64,000 nt of DNA, from sequence record OM386661.1; one strand, written 5' to 3'. Of this stretch, positions 35,713-45,849 are shown one piece after another. Every line of letters starts with the position of its first letter. Position 1 is the first letter of the stretch. A model generated the notes under the pieces. It worked only from the letters and a program-made list of their open reading frames with translations, did not search any database and was not told the DNA's origin. A program made the translations under genes and the position numbers. The stretch comes from Escherichia phage vB_EcoM_ESCO45.

Positions 35713-36813
35713 TTATTCATAATCTCGTATAACGAGACCAACAGGGAACTGTAAAGAACCCTTACGAGTCATCTTCTGGAACTGAACCGTTAAAGGCTTC
35801 CCGATAAACTCTTCAGGATGCTCAGCAAGATACTGTTTCTTCTCATGAGTAGTCTTCCATGAGACATCTACAAAGACGTTAGGAAGAGTCTCTACAACGA
35901 ACTTACCGTGGCCACGTTTATCGGTCTTGACACCAGTCACTTTAAACTCTTCAGTGTGCATCTTCTTATGCTTAATCAAGAAGTATGAACGGTGACCACA
36001 CTCATAGAAGGAGTCTTCAGAGATTGAACGGTACATTGCACCTTCAAACTTAGCTTCAACCCACTTATCATGGGCTTCATCAAGCTCTTCCCAAGAATTT
36101 ACACGGATAGTCTGTACAGGAACAACTCTACAGGTATCTCCAAGTTCAACAATGGGTGAGTTATCAATAACTTCACGACGCTCAGGCCAAGATTTTGAAT
36201 TGTCACAGATATCATACCAGTAGAATTTAAGAAGGTGACGGTCTGGATTATCAGCATTCTTAATCATAGACACAATATCTTCTAAGTCCCAACCATGAGC
36301 ATAAATCTCTCCATCAAAGTCTTCAACTTGTGGATGTAATTTAAGCAACAAAAGCAAATCTGGGATTAGTTCTGCTGGAACGTTGTAAACAGTATTCTCA
36401 CGAGAATAAGCTGTGAAACTGACTGAATCAGCATCTCTTGAAATTCTACAACGTACACCATCCAGTTTTGGTTGAGCATCAGCAGGGAACTTCAGATACT
36501 TTGCATGGCTAACCTTTGCAGCATCATGAGCAAGCTGTACACCTACCTTCTCAGTATTCTGTGCAGACTCTTTTGTGTAAGCATAACCTTTACGGTCAAC
36601 TTGCTTTTTATACTTAGCAGCAACTTCAAAGAGAGCTTGCTGTTCAGCATTACGCTCATTCTTTTTACCGATATTTTTAGGTTCTGCTGTATACTCTTCA
36701 AACATCATCTTGCCATTTTCTTTACCGTAGGTTGTAATAACTTTGTCACCTACAGCAGCACATGACCAGACGTTGAAAGAACCATCTTTATTTTGTTTGT
36801 ATAGTGTTGTCAT
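35713..36813 (-). CDS. ATP-dependent DNA ligase
   Basis: Nucleotidyltransferase motif I KLDGVR (KxDG), downstream DGEIY and EGAMYRS motifs; size similar to T7-type ligases. Confidence 0.8.
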   Translation of the reverse strand: MTTLYKQNKDGSFNVWSCAAVGDKVITTYGKENGKMMFEEYTAEPKNIGKKNERNAEQQALFEVAAKYKKQVDRKGYAYTKESAQNTEKVGVQLAHDAAKVSHAKYLKFPADAQPKLDGVRCRISRDADSVSFTAYSRENTVYNVPAELIPDLLLLLKLHPQVEDFDGEIYAHGWDLEDIVSMIKNADNPDRHLLKFYWYDICDNSKSWPERREVIDNSPIVELGDTCRVVPVQTIRVNSWEELDEAHDKWVEAKFEGAMYRSISEDSFYECGHRSYFLIKHKKMHTEEFKVTGVKTDKRGHGKFVVETLPNVFVDVSWKTTHEKKQYLAEHPEEFIGKPLTVQFQKMTRKGSLQFPVGLVIRDYE

Positions 36814-37016
36814 TTTCTCTTACTACCAATTTCTACGTCGATAACTTGAACATCACCAGCAACATCAAACTTATGAATGATGCTTTCCACAGTGTAAGTC
36901 CAACCCTCAATGCGAACAAACTCACCTTCTCGTGGGACGATTGGGTTACGTTGAGCTACGGTTGTAGTGGAGTGAACAACATCATAACGATAGGTATAGT
37001 TTACTAGGACTTCCAT
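36810..37016 (-). CDS. hypothetical small protein
   Basis: 68-aa ORF overlapping ligase start. Confidence 0.35.
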   Translation of the reverse strand: MEVLVNYTYRYDVVHSTTTVAQRNPIVPREGEFVRIEGWTYTVESIIHKFDVAGDVQVIDVEIGSKRK

Positions 37017-37025
37017 CGTTTTCCC

Positions 37026-37259
37026 TTAAAAGGATAAGTCAATATTAATACGTTCGCCCTTAAGGACTCCTGTACGGTCTCTTGCAATCTTGCCGTCAAC
37101 AATAAGGATATGTGCAGACCTTAAAGCGTCACCATTAAAAGTTTTTACGAACTTACTAGGCATCACTACAATGGGCATCTCCTGAATCATCTCTTGAGTA
37201 TAGCAATTGTCGTGAAGTTGCTGAATAACGTCTGCAAGTGTCATTTTTGATGTCTCCAA
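37026..37259 (-). CDS. hypothetical small protein, paralog of 37447..37665
   Basis: Shared C-terminal motif IVDGKIARDRTGVLKGERINIDL vs IAGGKIAKDKTGYLKGERVGIENL. Confidence 0.45.
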   Translation of the reverse strand: METSKMTLADVIQQLHDNCYTQEMIQEMPIVVMPSKFVKTFNGDALRSAHILIVDGKIARDRTGVLKGERINIDLSF

Positions 37260-37450
37260 TATTCAATATCAATAAGTTCTTGTGCAATACTTTTCAGATT
37301 ACCTTTCAAGAAAACCTTCTCAGAACCTGAAAGAGATGAATTGTCAATTAACCTGTTCATTCTCTCAAACAACTTCTGTTTACGGTTCTTGATAGTCTCC
37401 TTTGAAGCACCTTTCATCATCGCTGCATGGGTTCTTCCACGGTGGCTCAT
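37241..37450 (-). CDS. hypothetical small basic protein
   Basis: 69-aa ORF. Confidence 0.35.
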   Translation of the reverse strand: MSHRGRTHAAMMKGASKETIKNRKQKLFERMNRLIDNSSLSGSEKVFLKGNLKSIAQELIDIEYWRHQK

Positions 37451-37665
37451 AGCAAATTCTCGATGCCTACACGTTCACCTTTTAAGTACCCTGTCTTGTC
37501 TTTTGCAATTTTGCCTCCAGCAATAAAGATATCTACTCTACGCAGAAATTCAGGACTTACCTTCAAATTTCTGGAACCACTGCAAAGAACAATAAACATC
37601 CCTTCAATCTCTTTTTGAGAATAACCAGCACATTGCAACTGAACTTCAATCTCTGAAAGTGTCAT
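37447..37665 (-). CDS. hypothetical small protein, paralog of 37026..37259
   Basis: See paralog; similar length and C-terminal motif. Confidence 0.45.
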   Translation of the reverse strand: MTLSEIEVQLQCAGYSQKEIEGMFIVLCSGSRNLKVSPEFLRRVDIFIAGGKIAKDKTGYLKGERVGIENLL

Positions 37666-37716
37666 AAGTCCTCCTATACAAGATATAGTATAAGGTACTC
37701 TTCCCTGAGCACCTTG

Positions 37717-38220
37717 TCAACTTAGTTTTGCAAACTCTCCGTGGAGTTTAATAGCAGCTTCACAGTAAGCTTTATGGGCTTCTTCAGGTGTGTCAAATAA
37801 ACCAAGTGATGTCCTTTTACCTCTGCATGTTATAGCTGCCCTCCACTTATTGCAGTCTTTAAAGTAATATACACCCTTGTAACCTGATTTGTTAGTCGTC
37901 TGCTTTACTCTGTTTTGAGCGTTTCCATATTTATCGGCCTCTCTAAGATTAGAAATGTGGTTATTACTCCTATTACCATCAATGTGGTCTATCATCTTAG
38001 TAGGTTTGTAACCATGCTCAAACCACCAAACAAGGTGATGTACTTTTATTACAACACCTTTGAATTTAAGTACCCTGTAACCATAAGCATCACTTCCTCC
38101 GGCAACCTGACCAGCTTTAGCTTGCCTATTCCTGTCATACTTGTTGTAGAAGACCCCTTTGTCGGGGTCGTAAATAAAATTATCCTTGTAATCTTGAAGT
38201 GTTAGTGTACGGCGTACCAT
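37717..38220 (-). CDS. HNH homing endonuclease with AP2 DNA-binding domain
   Basis: HHLVWWFEHGY...IDHIDGNRSNNHISNLR (HNH) then YKGVYY...WRAAI...GLFDTPEEAHKAY (AP2-like); abuts DNA polymerase gene. Confidence 0.8.
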   Translation of the reverse strand: MVRRTLTLQDYKDNFIYDPDKGVFYNKYDRNRQAKAGQVAGGSDAYGYRVLKFKGVVIKVHHLVWWFEHGYKPTKMIDHIDGNRSNNHISNLREADKYGNAQNRVKQTTNKSGYKGVYYFKDCNKWRAAITCRGKRTSLGLFDTPEEAHKAYCEAAIKLHGEFAKLS

Positions 38221-40931
38221 GTCTTACCTACCTTACCAGTGCCTGTAACAAGCGTCTTACTCTTTAATCCAAGATTTTTTGATGCTTGACCATACATTCT
38301 ATCAATAATCTCCTTAACATCTGGTACATCTTTTGTTGGAACCTCTAAAGAAACTTCGTCGTGGTAACTACAGACCCATCTAGCACCAATAGCTGGTTTC
38401 CTACCATTTAGGACTGTAAGTTTTCGCTCTGTTAACTCTCTGTTAGCCAAGTTAATACCCTCATTCTGCACCTGCGCCTCACTGCCCATAAGTGTGTAAT
38501 TCAATAACTTATGTGGAGATTTACACCATAACCACGCTCCAGCAACTTTGATATAACCACCTTTGGCAATTGCAGAAGTTTTTCCAAAAACCTCTTCAAG
38601 TGCTTTCTTAGTTGCTTTGAAGTCCTCCTCTAGTCTATCGAGCAGCTTTTTAATCTTAGGTAGACGCACAAAGTAAGTTTGTTTAGTCAATGCACCTTCT
38701 TCCGTAGATGATGCCTTGATAGTTTTCGCGAACTTCTCATCTCCGGCTCCAAATAACAGGGCGTAGATGCCATTTTTGCTCTTCTTACGGCCTTTTGTAA
38801 TCTCGTGAAGAAGTTCCTCATCCTGTGTCTCCCTACAACGAACAATATCTTCTTCTTTGTTCAGACCAAAGTAAATACTGTTCAGTGTATGTGCATCAGT
38901 CCCTGTGTAGACTTCATAGAGGTCATTTTCAGCATCATAACGCAGATACTTGTCAGTTTCTGGGTTAAGATACTTGTCAAGATGCTTACAGTAGTATCTA
39001 CCATCATCTTGCTTAGTGAACTCTACTGACTCTTTACCCTCAGTTACCGCTTTAGTGAAGTCTTCATCACCCATAAAGTTACAAAGAAGAACTAGCTGGG
39101 CTGAGTTTTGGTCTACGGAGATGATATCTGTACCATCTTCACAAGTCCACACCTCCCTCATAGGTGCTCCATAAACAGCAGCACCAGACGGTACGTTTAC
39201 AATACCATATTGTGTCATACGTCCAGTTGAAGTACCAAACACCATTGCACCAGCACTAAGGCGACCATCTGGACGAATCTGGTTCAACCAACCTTTTTCA
39301 TCATCCTTTGAGTTCTCAATAGTTCTGCGTCGGTGCATCAAAGTATAGTATTTAGCAATCTTCTGTCCAAGTTCACCTTCAATCGTATCATAAGATGATT
39401 CAGTAAGTTTTGGTGAAGTACGGATTAAGCAAGGCTCAAGCAAATCTGTGTATTTCTTCACAGACCAGTTATGCTCAATGTACTGGACACCTTCATGTTC
39501 AACATAACTCAAACCACACTGCTCAACCATTTCCTGCCACTTAGGATGTTTTGTAATCATCTTTTTATTGTCTTTGAAACGACAAACTTTGACAGGGCGA
39601 CCGTCTGAGTCTTTCTTGTAGTTCCAGTCATCTGGAATCCAACCAACTGATTTCAAGTAGTCTTTAACAACTGCTACCTGAGTCATACGAGAAACTTCAA
39701 ACTCAATTGGTGTATACGGTGCATCAATCAAACCTGTGTAGCGACTTGACTCAAGTTCAAAGTGGTTAACAACGTGGCTGTTATAATACTTCACAGTTTT
39801 GACTGTTTTTACTGGCTTCCAGTCTTTGCACTTCTTACCAATCTTTGCATTCAACTCGTTGCAAATTGCACGAGCATCCTTCATTGCTACAAAACCTTCC
39901 TTGTACTCTTCACCAGTTACAGAGTTGGTTGGTGTATAGCAATTCCTTTTTTCAATGTTAAAAATCTTTGTAGTTGGCTTACCAAATGGTTTGATTTCGT
40001 ATGTCTGCACCTCACCATTACGTACCTGCTGACGATACTTTGTCTTAGGGTACTTGGTAATTCTTTTCAGTCCATCTGCATGACCAAATGTTTCAACATA
40101 CTCATTCCAAGCTTTTGCAAACTCTTCTCCAGTGACTTTACCTTTGGTCTTAATAGTTGGAGGAAGATGTGGTTCAACTTCTGAAGCAAGCTCATTAGTC
40201 AACTTGTCAAGTTCCTTTACATGGAACTCCATAAGCTCTTTATCAGCTTTCCAGCCATTGATAGCTTGTTGACTCATCCAGAAAGATGTTTCTTTAGCTC
40301 GCATGTAGGTTTCATAAGTGTCTATGCCACACTTCTTAAGCTTGAGATACTCGTTATCAAGTGCCCGTTTAGTTTTGGCGTTAATACGGATATCATCTAC
40401 AACACGAGTGAAGATTTCTGCATTCCACACACCCCAATGCTCAATCTCTGGCTTACGAACACCAACACGAGCACCCCATGCAGCCAAACCATGAGCACCT
40501 TTATAACCCTTTGGAGTTGGCCTATCCATCCACTGAACACGAGACTGGATAAGAGAATCCTGAAAGAAATTACTCCACGGCTTACATTTTGGATTATCAA
40601 AGTTCCATAAATCAGGTGCAATGTGATTGAAAACCCACCAGTCATAACCGAGACCATTATGGATGCAAAGACGTTTCGCCTTTAACGCAAACTCAACACC
40701 TTCACGTAAACCACCTTTAAGGTACTTAGTGTACTTGTGACCGAGGATAGGCTCATCTGTAAAGACCCATACAGGTGGCTCTTCATCGTCAGATTTATAG
40801 TCTGCGAAAGCCATTACGTGCACTTTAGTGAACTCAAGGAGCAAACCATCAGTTTCTGTATCGCCAACTAAATGTAAGTTTTTAAAATCTACGTTTTCCA
40901 TTTTTACTCCCTCTACAATCATTAACCTCAT
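38202..40931 (-). CDS. DNA polymerase, family A, with 3'-5' exonuclease domain
   Basis: Exo motif VGDTETDGL; motif A-like ISVDQNSAQLVLL, motif B-like KNGIYALLFGAG, motif C SYHDE; true start may be the internal Met (MENVDF) 10 codons downstream. Confidence 0.85.
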   Translation of the reverse strand: MRLMIVEGVKMENVDFKNLHLVGDTETDGLLLEFTKVHVMAFADYKSDDEEPPVWVFTDEPILGHKYTKYLKGGLREGVEFALKAKRLCIHNGLGYDWWVFNHIAPDLWNFDNPKCKPWSNFFQDSLIQSRVQWMDRPTPKGYKGAHGLAAWGARVGVRKPEIEHWGVWNAEIFTRVVDDIRINAKTKRALDNEYLKLKKCGIDTYETYMRAKETSFWMSQQAINGWKADKELMEFHVKELDKLTNELASEVEPHLPPTIKTKGKVTGEEFAKAWNEYVETFGHADGLKRITKYPKTKYRQQVRNGEVQTYEIKPFGKPTTKIFNIEKRNCYTPTNSVTGEEYKEGFVAMKDARAICNELNAKIGKKCKDWKPVKTVKTVKYYNSHVVNHFELESSRYTGLIDAPYTPIEFEVSRMTQVAVVKDYLKSVGWIPDDWNYKKDSDGRPVKVCRFKDNKKMITKHPKWQEMVEQCGLSYVEHEGVQYIEHNWSVKKYTDLLEPCLIRTSPKLTESSYDTIEGELGQKIAKYYTLMHRRRTIENSKDDEKGWLNQIRPDGRLSAGAMVFGTSTGRMTQYGIVNVPSGAAVYGAPMREVWTCEDGTDIISVDQNSAQLVLLCNFMGDEDFTKAVTEGKESVEFTKQDDGRYYCKHLDKYLNPETDKYLRYDAENDLYEVYTGTDAHTLNSIYFGLNKEEDIVRCRETQDEELLHEITKGRKKSKNGIYALLFGAGDEKFAKTIKASSTEEGALTKQTYFVRLPKIKKLLDRLEEDFKATKKALEEVFGKTSAIAKGGYIKVAGAWLWCKSPHKLLNYTLMGSEAQVQNEGINLANRELTERKLTVLNGRKPAIGARWVCSYHDEVSLEVPTKDVPDVKEIIDRMYGQASKNLGLKSKTLVTGTGKVGKTWYAVH

Positions 40932-40961
40932 ACATTACTGCAAAAAATTATAAAAAGCAAG

Positions 40962-40990
40962 TTGACAATGTACTTGACAAGGTGTTAATC
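40962..40990 (+). promoter_or_regulatory. sigma70-like promoter (tandem TTGACA) in divergent intergenic region
   Basis: TTGACAatgtACTTGACAAGGT; AT-rich region with palindromes AGCTTTTAAAAAGCT and CGTATAGAATACG. Confidence 0.45.
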
Positions 40991-41158
40991 TTTGCGAAGT
41001 GGGTTTTTACTTAAAAGGTTACTTAACAGTTTAACTATACAGATACTTTAAAACTCTTAAAAGATTATTTAATAGCTTTTAAAAAGCTTTAAAGTATAAC
41101 GTATAGAATACGTTAAGATAAAAGATTAAAACTTAATAGTTACTTAAAAGAGGCTTAC

Positions 41159-41581
41159 ATGCAGAAAATGTTTGTTCACCCAGACATAGCTGACTTTGTT
41201 AGAGCTTTGCAGAAGTTGGAAGAACTTGACATTGCTGCTCAACGGGAATATGCTCACCATCACAGGAGAATGGTTGATATACAACATGAAATAGAGTTGT
41301 CTGAAAACTATGAAGATGACTTAAAATGCTCTGTATTTGAGCATATGAAAGATGTTGCTACAGCGAGACGTAAAGCTAAAGACACAGTTGCTTTACTAGA
41401 TTCTCTTAAAAAGAGGTTGCAAAGTGGTACAGACCTGTGTAATCTAGCGTCACTGATTAATGATGTTGAAACTTCTTGGGATAGGCACTATTATCCACGT
41501 TCTGAAAAGACACTTGACTTTTCTTCATCCGAAAACTTAAAATGTTCTAGAAAGAAACTTAACCAACTGAGAGAGAAATAA
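41159..41581 (+). CDS. hypothetical early protein
   Basis: 140-aa ORF, first gene after divergent promoter region. Confidence 0.35.
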   Translation: MQKMFVHPDIADFVRALQKLEELDIAAQREYAHHHRRMVDIQHEIELSENYEDDLKCSVFEHMKDVATARRKAKDTVALLDSLKKRLQSGTDLCNLASLINDVETSWDRHYYPRSEKTLDFSSSENLKCSRKKLNQLREK

Positions 41582-41582
41582 T

Positions 41583-42383
41583 ATGAATATCAATGTAGAA
41601 AAGATGCTTGAAGAAAAGGGTATTGACGAAGCGTTCTTAATCAATGCCGTAGAAAGTATGGCTATGATTCTTCGTGGGAACAACTACACAGAACAGTTTA
41701 TGCCTGCAAGCTACAATCTGCCTAAAGACAAGTCTGATAACGATGCTTTTGCAGAACAGGTTAACATGATGTTGACAGACACTACACTTGCTCTGGCATC
41801 TATTGCGGTTGGTGTTGATGCACTTGCTGAGTTCATTTTTTATGAAATGCAAAAGAATGACTATATCAGGATGTCAGACGAAGATAAGGAACTGCTGCTG
41901 ACTAAGGACACTGATTTCATTATTGATACGCTTATCTCATCAACGAGTGCTGTTATGGCTGTTCTTGAGAAGCGTATGGAAGAAAAGCTGTCACGATATG
42001 AAAAGCTTGATTGGGGTGTAGAAGAACTAAACCCACGAATCAAAGAGATTATCCAGCAAACCAAAGAGTCTTTGGAAGAAGCTGTGGAGAATGACTTTGT
42101 AGCTGATATAGAGCCGCTTCAGGTGAAAGTTGCACTGATGATTCCAGCTATCTCTACAATGATGAATATCGTTGCACTAATCCAACTTTCACAGGTGATG
42201 GGTGTGAGTATGGAGTTCATTGAGGAGATGACTGGTGGTGTTAGTATGCAAGCAATCAATGATGTTTTGGTGAACATTGGTGCTTCAATCATTGAAGAGA
42301 AACTACGCATTAACTTCGGTGATGATTTTGTGAAGCAACTCTCAGCTATGGCTGAAAAAGAGTCTGCTGAGCAACTGCACTAA
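41583..42383 (+). CDS. hypothetical protein
   Basis: 266-aa ORF, acidic. Confidence 0.35.
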   Translation: MNINVEKMLEEKGIDEAFLINAVESMAMILRGNNYTEQFMPASYNLPKDKSDNDAFAEQVNMMLTDTTLALASIAVGVDALAEFIFYEMQKNDYIRMSDEDKELLLTKDTDFIIDTLISSTSAVMAVLEKRMEEKLSRYEKLDWGVEELNPRIKEIIQQTKESLEEAVENDFVADIEPLQVKVALMIPAISTMMNIVALIQLSQVMGVSMEFIEEMTGGVSMQAINDVLVNIGASIIEEKLRINFGDDFVKQLSAMAEKESAEQLH

Positions 42384-42401
42384 GTCTTTATAAATCTTAC
42401 A

Positions 42402-42426
42402 AGCCTCCTTAGTTGGGGGCTTTTTA
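42402..42426 (+). terminator. rho-independent terminator
   Basis: AGCCTCC-TTAGTT-GGGGGCT hairpin followed by TTTTT. Confidence 0.5.
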
Positions 42427-42444
42427 GTAATTAAGGGAGATAAA

Positions 42445-43188
42445 ATGAGTAAAATCATTGCATTTACTGGAAAGGCACGTTCTGGAAAAGACACCTCATG
42501 TTCTATTGTGAAGAACACCTTAGAGGATGAGTATGGCTACAATGTTGAAGTAATGGCCTTTGCAGACAACCTTAAACTATCTGCATCAAAGATATTTGAC
42601 TTGACTTGGAATGACCTGTACGGTGAAACTAAAGAGACTCCACAGGTATTTGACTTATCATATCCTGAACTGATGTTTAAAGTTACGGAAGCTATGGAGT
42701 TTACCTTCAAAGGTGAACGTTATCACACGGACTTTAAACTTGTGTCGGAATTGACAGGACGCTTAATCATGGAGCTTAAGAAGGTTGCTAAACCGACTCT
42801 ATTGACACGTCTGGGGTTTAGCAAAAAGTATAAATTCTCATCAAGACAAATTCAACAGATTTGGGGCACTGAAGTTATCCGTAAAGTTATGGGTGACAAG
42901 TTCTGGGCTAAAGACCTTGAAAAACGAATGGCTCGCTTCTTTGAATCTTGTTCACTTAGAAATCAAGAAGGTGTTGTTTTAATCAGTGATTTAAGATTTG
43001 ACTCTGAAGCTGAGTGGCTGAGTAGATTTGCACACCAAACTATTGAAGTAAAAAGAGACAATGTGGGCAAAGTTTCATCACATGTTTCAGAAAATGGCAT
43101 TTCTACAAAATATGAGCGTGACATTATTCATAATAATGGTACTATTGAAGACCTTGAGAGCAAGCTAAGAGCTATCCTGAAGATTTAA
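42445..43188 (+). CDS. deoxynucleoside monophosphate kinase (T4 gp1-like, putative)
   Basis: N-terminal P-loop IAFTGKARSGKDT matching the T4 dNMP kinase GxxRSGKDT motif. Confidence 0.6.
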   Translation: MSKIIAFTGKARSGKDTSCSIVKNTLEDEYGYNVEVMAFADNLKLSASKIFDLTWNDLYGETKETPQVFDLSYPELMFKVTEAMEFTFKGERYHTDFKLVSELTGRLIMELKKVAKPTLLTRLGFSKKYKFSSRQIQQIWGTEVIRKVMGDKFWAKDLEKRMARFFESCSLRNQEGVVLISDLRFDSEAEWLSRFAHQTIEVKRDNVGKVSSHVSENGISTKYERDIIHNNGTIEDLESKLRAILKI

Positions 43189-43196
43189 AAGAGAGA

Positions 43197-43397
43197 ATGA
43201 AGATGAGAGTAAAAGACAATTTTAAAGTGATTGACCACCGTTTAGTGGAACTCTCATCTCTTTCCAATGAGGTAATGATTGAACGTCTTAAGAGAGTTGA
43301 ATCACGAAGGAAAGAGATTGCAGATGAAATTCATGAACTGGACAAGATTGAAAATGGACTGAAGGTAGAACTACAACGAAGAGGTGCTAATGTCTAA
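43197..43397 (+). CDS. hypothetical coiled-coil protein
   Basis: 66-aa ORF. Confidence 0.3.
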   Translation: MKMRVKDNFKVIDHRLVELSSLSNEVMIERLKRVESRRKEIADEIHELDKIENGLKVELQRRGANV

Positions 43398-45375
43398 AGG
43401 TCGTAAATTGAAAGAGGCTGGTCAGTTTATTGGTCATTGTGCATGTCCACGTTGTGGTTCATCAGATGCTGGTTCAATCTATCATCATGATGATGATTCT
43501 TATTCGATGACTTGCTTTAGTTGTAACAAAGGTTTCCCAGAGTGGGATTTTGATAAAGGACAAATCGTGAGCGCTTATTCTACTGGTTCAGACAATAAAA
43601 ACCGTACTTTCCGTGGGATGGATTTAGACGATGTGAAAGAAAACCTTGAAGCAATGGACTTAAAGGACAGGAAGATTCCTGCAAAAGTCCTTGAACGCTT
43701 AGGTATCAAGGTTGACATTGACAGTGACGGTGAAATTGATGCGCACTTCTATCCGACTTACAAACGTAATGAAGATGGCAAGCTAGAGCATGTTGGCTAC
43801 CGTGTTCGTCACCGTTACCCAGAAGACCATCCAAAAGAGCACCTACGTGGTAAGTTAAAAGACTTTTCAGGTGGTGTTGGAGACATTAAAGGTGAACTGG
43901 CAATGTTCGGTTCATGGATTGCTCCAGAAGGCGGTAACCGTCTATTCATCTGGGAAGGTGAGATGGAATGTGCGACAGCAATCTATATGACTTCTTTGGC
44001 GATTAAAGATAAGTCTCGTCGTAAGAATTACTGTCACGTATCTGTTCCATCAGGTGCAAACATTAAGTCTATCAAAGACAACTACCAGTACATCACATCA
44101 TTTGATGAGATTTACTTGTGCTTTGATAACGATGAAGCAGGTGCTAAAGCCACTAAAGAGGCTGCTGGTATCCTACCCATTGAGAAGGTTCGTTTATTCC
44201 AGTATCCAGAAGGTGTAAAAGACCTTAACGAGTGGTGGACAAAGTTCTATAAAGAGAAAGATACAGTTCTGGAAGGATTTAAGCAGCGTATCTACAATGC
44301 ACCTCGTTACTGCCCTGCTGGTATCAAGAACTTCGCAGATGGTTTTGAGGCAATGAAGAATCGTGGTCAGATTCCATTGATTCCTTTCCCAGAATCTTTC
44401 GGAGATTTGAACAGGCTGACTTATGGCGGTTATGGTTTAGGTGAGATTACAACTCTGGCAGCACCATCTTCAGTGGGTAAATCTGCATACACTCGTGAAA
44501 TGATTTATACTGCTTGGAAAGATACCGATTACAACATTGGTGTAATTCCTGTAGAAGATACCTATGAAGAGTTGATGGAGATGCTCTGTGCAATCCACCT
44601 GAGCAAGCAGATTTCTGAGATTCCTTATGACGAACGTGATTGGGATGAATTGAAGGAGGCACACGCAGAACTGTCTAAAGGTCGTCGTATCCACATCGTT
44701 GACCATCAAGGGGCAATTGACCAAGATAACTTGCTGGAATTTGTTGACTATCTTGTTAACAGTTTAGACTGTAAGATTATTATTCTTGACCCTATTACGT
44801 TGGCTCTGTCACGTTCAGATACGGATGAAGAGGAAGTTTTGTCTGAGCTATTGCGTCGTTGCAAACGCTACCAGTATGCACAGGTAAACGTCTGTCACGT
44901 TCGTAAGAGTGCAGGTGGTCAGAAGGCTAACTCTGAAGGTGGAGATATCTCTGAAGAGGATATTAAAGGCTCTGGTGCGTATTTCCAGATTTCTATGAAC
45001 AACATTCTGTTAATGCGTAACAAGGTTGACCCAGACCCTGTTAAGAAAAACTTGACAAAAATCAAGTTAACTAAATGTCGTCGTCACGGTAAGTCAACGG
45101 GTATTGCTGGTCATACTTGGTACAATCCAGATACAGGGCGTCTTATCAAAGCATCTGGTTGCGGAGTTGACATTGACGGTGCAGCAGAAAATATTCGCCA
45201 ACAGTTTGGCATTGGTGAAGCTGAAGACCATTACGATGACTCTTTGCCACATTATGAGGATGAAGTGTTTGACCGTGATACTGGTGAAGTCTATACTGAA
45301 GAGCAGCGTCAAAGCTCAACGATTCCACCTGTATTAAGTGAGGATGCAGATGACTGCCCGTTCGAAACTGAGTGA
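43384..45375 (+). CDS. bifunctional DNA primase-helicase (T7 gp4-like)
   Basis: N-terminal zinc ribbon CPRCG...CFSCNKG; TOPRIM-like acidic motifs (WEGEME, FDNDEAG); helicase Walker A APSSVGKSA. Confidence 0.85.
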   Translation: MLMSKGRKLKEAGQFIGHCACPRCGSSDAGSIYHHDDDSYSMTCFSCNKGFPEWDFDKGQIVSAYSTGSDNKNRTFRGMDLDDVKENLEAMDLKDRKIPAKVLERLGIKVDIDSDGEIDAHFYPTYKRNEDGKLEHVGYRVRHRYPEDHPKEHLRGKLKDFSGGVGDIKGELAMFGSWIAPEGGNRLFIWEGEMECATAIYMTSLAIKDKSRRKNYCHVSVPSGANIKSIKDNYQYITSFDEIYLCFDNDEAGAKATKEAAGILPIEKVRLFQYPEGVKDLNEWWTKFYKEKDTVLEGFKQRIYNAPRYCPAGIKNFADGFEAMKNRGQIPLIPFPESFGDLNRLTYGGYGLGEITTLAAPSSVGKSAYTREMIYTAWKDTDYNIGVIPVEDTYEELMEMLCAIHLSKQISEIPYDERDWDELKEAHAELSKGRRIHIVDHQGAIDQDNLLEFVDYLVNSLDCKIIILDPITLALSRSDTDEEEVLSELLRRCKRYQYAQVNVCHVRKSAGGQKANSEGGDISEEDIKGSGAYFQISMNNILLMRNKVDPDPVKKNLTKIKLTKCRRHGKSTGIAGHTWYNPDTGRLIKASGCGVDIDGAAENIRQQFGIGEAEDHYDDSLPHYEDEVFDRDTGEVYTEEQRQSSTIPPVLSEDADDCPFETE

Positions 45376-45631
45376 TAGTTATAAAAGAGAGGGGTTCACA
45401 CCCTTCTTTGAAGAAAAAAGTTTAAATAAATTTCAGGAAGAGTGTTTGACAAAGCTTGATAGGTTCTATAGAATGCTCCTCATGAAATGCGATGGGGAAG
45501 TTGAGGTAAAAGAAGATTTCCACCAAAGCATGATTACAGTCATTATTTCACTGCATCAGCATAACATTAGCTGGCTGTTTATAATGAAAGAAAACGTGTT
45601 TGAATATCAAGTATATCGGAGAATATCATGA
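45338..45631 (+). CDS. hypothetical protein
   Basis: 97-aa ORF overlapping helicase 3' end; true start uncertain. Confidence 0.3.
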   Translation: MRMQMTARSKLSDSYKREGFTPFFEEKSLNKFQEECLTKLDRFYRMLLMKCDGEVEVKEDFHQSMITVIISLHQHNISWLFIMKENVFEYQVYRRIS

Positions 45632-45784
45632 AACACTCTAAAGCATTTGAAAAAGTTTTTGGGGATTCCTTAAAAGCCACTGCTGGAAAACCAGCAAAAT
45701 ACTATGAAGAAAAACGTGTAAGAACTGGAAAAACTGCACGTAAAGCAGCTTCTAAAGATAAGCACAACTTCCAGTAATTAGTAT

Positions 45785-45813
45785 TTGACAATAGAGTATC
45801 AACAAACTAGAAT
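45785..45813 (+). promoter_or_regulatory. sigma70-like promoter upstream of SSB-like gene
   Basis: TTGACA-17-TAGAAT. Confidence 0.6.
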
Positions 45814-45849
45814 TGGTACTCTTCATAAATTGAGATAGAGGTTTAAATA

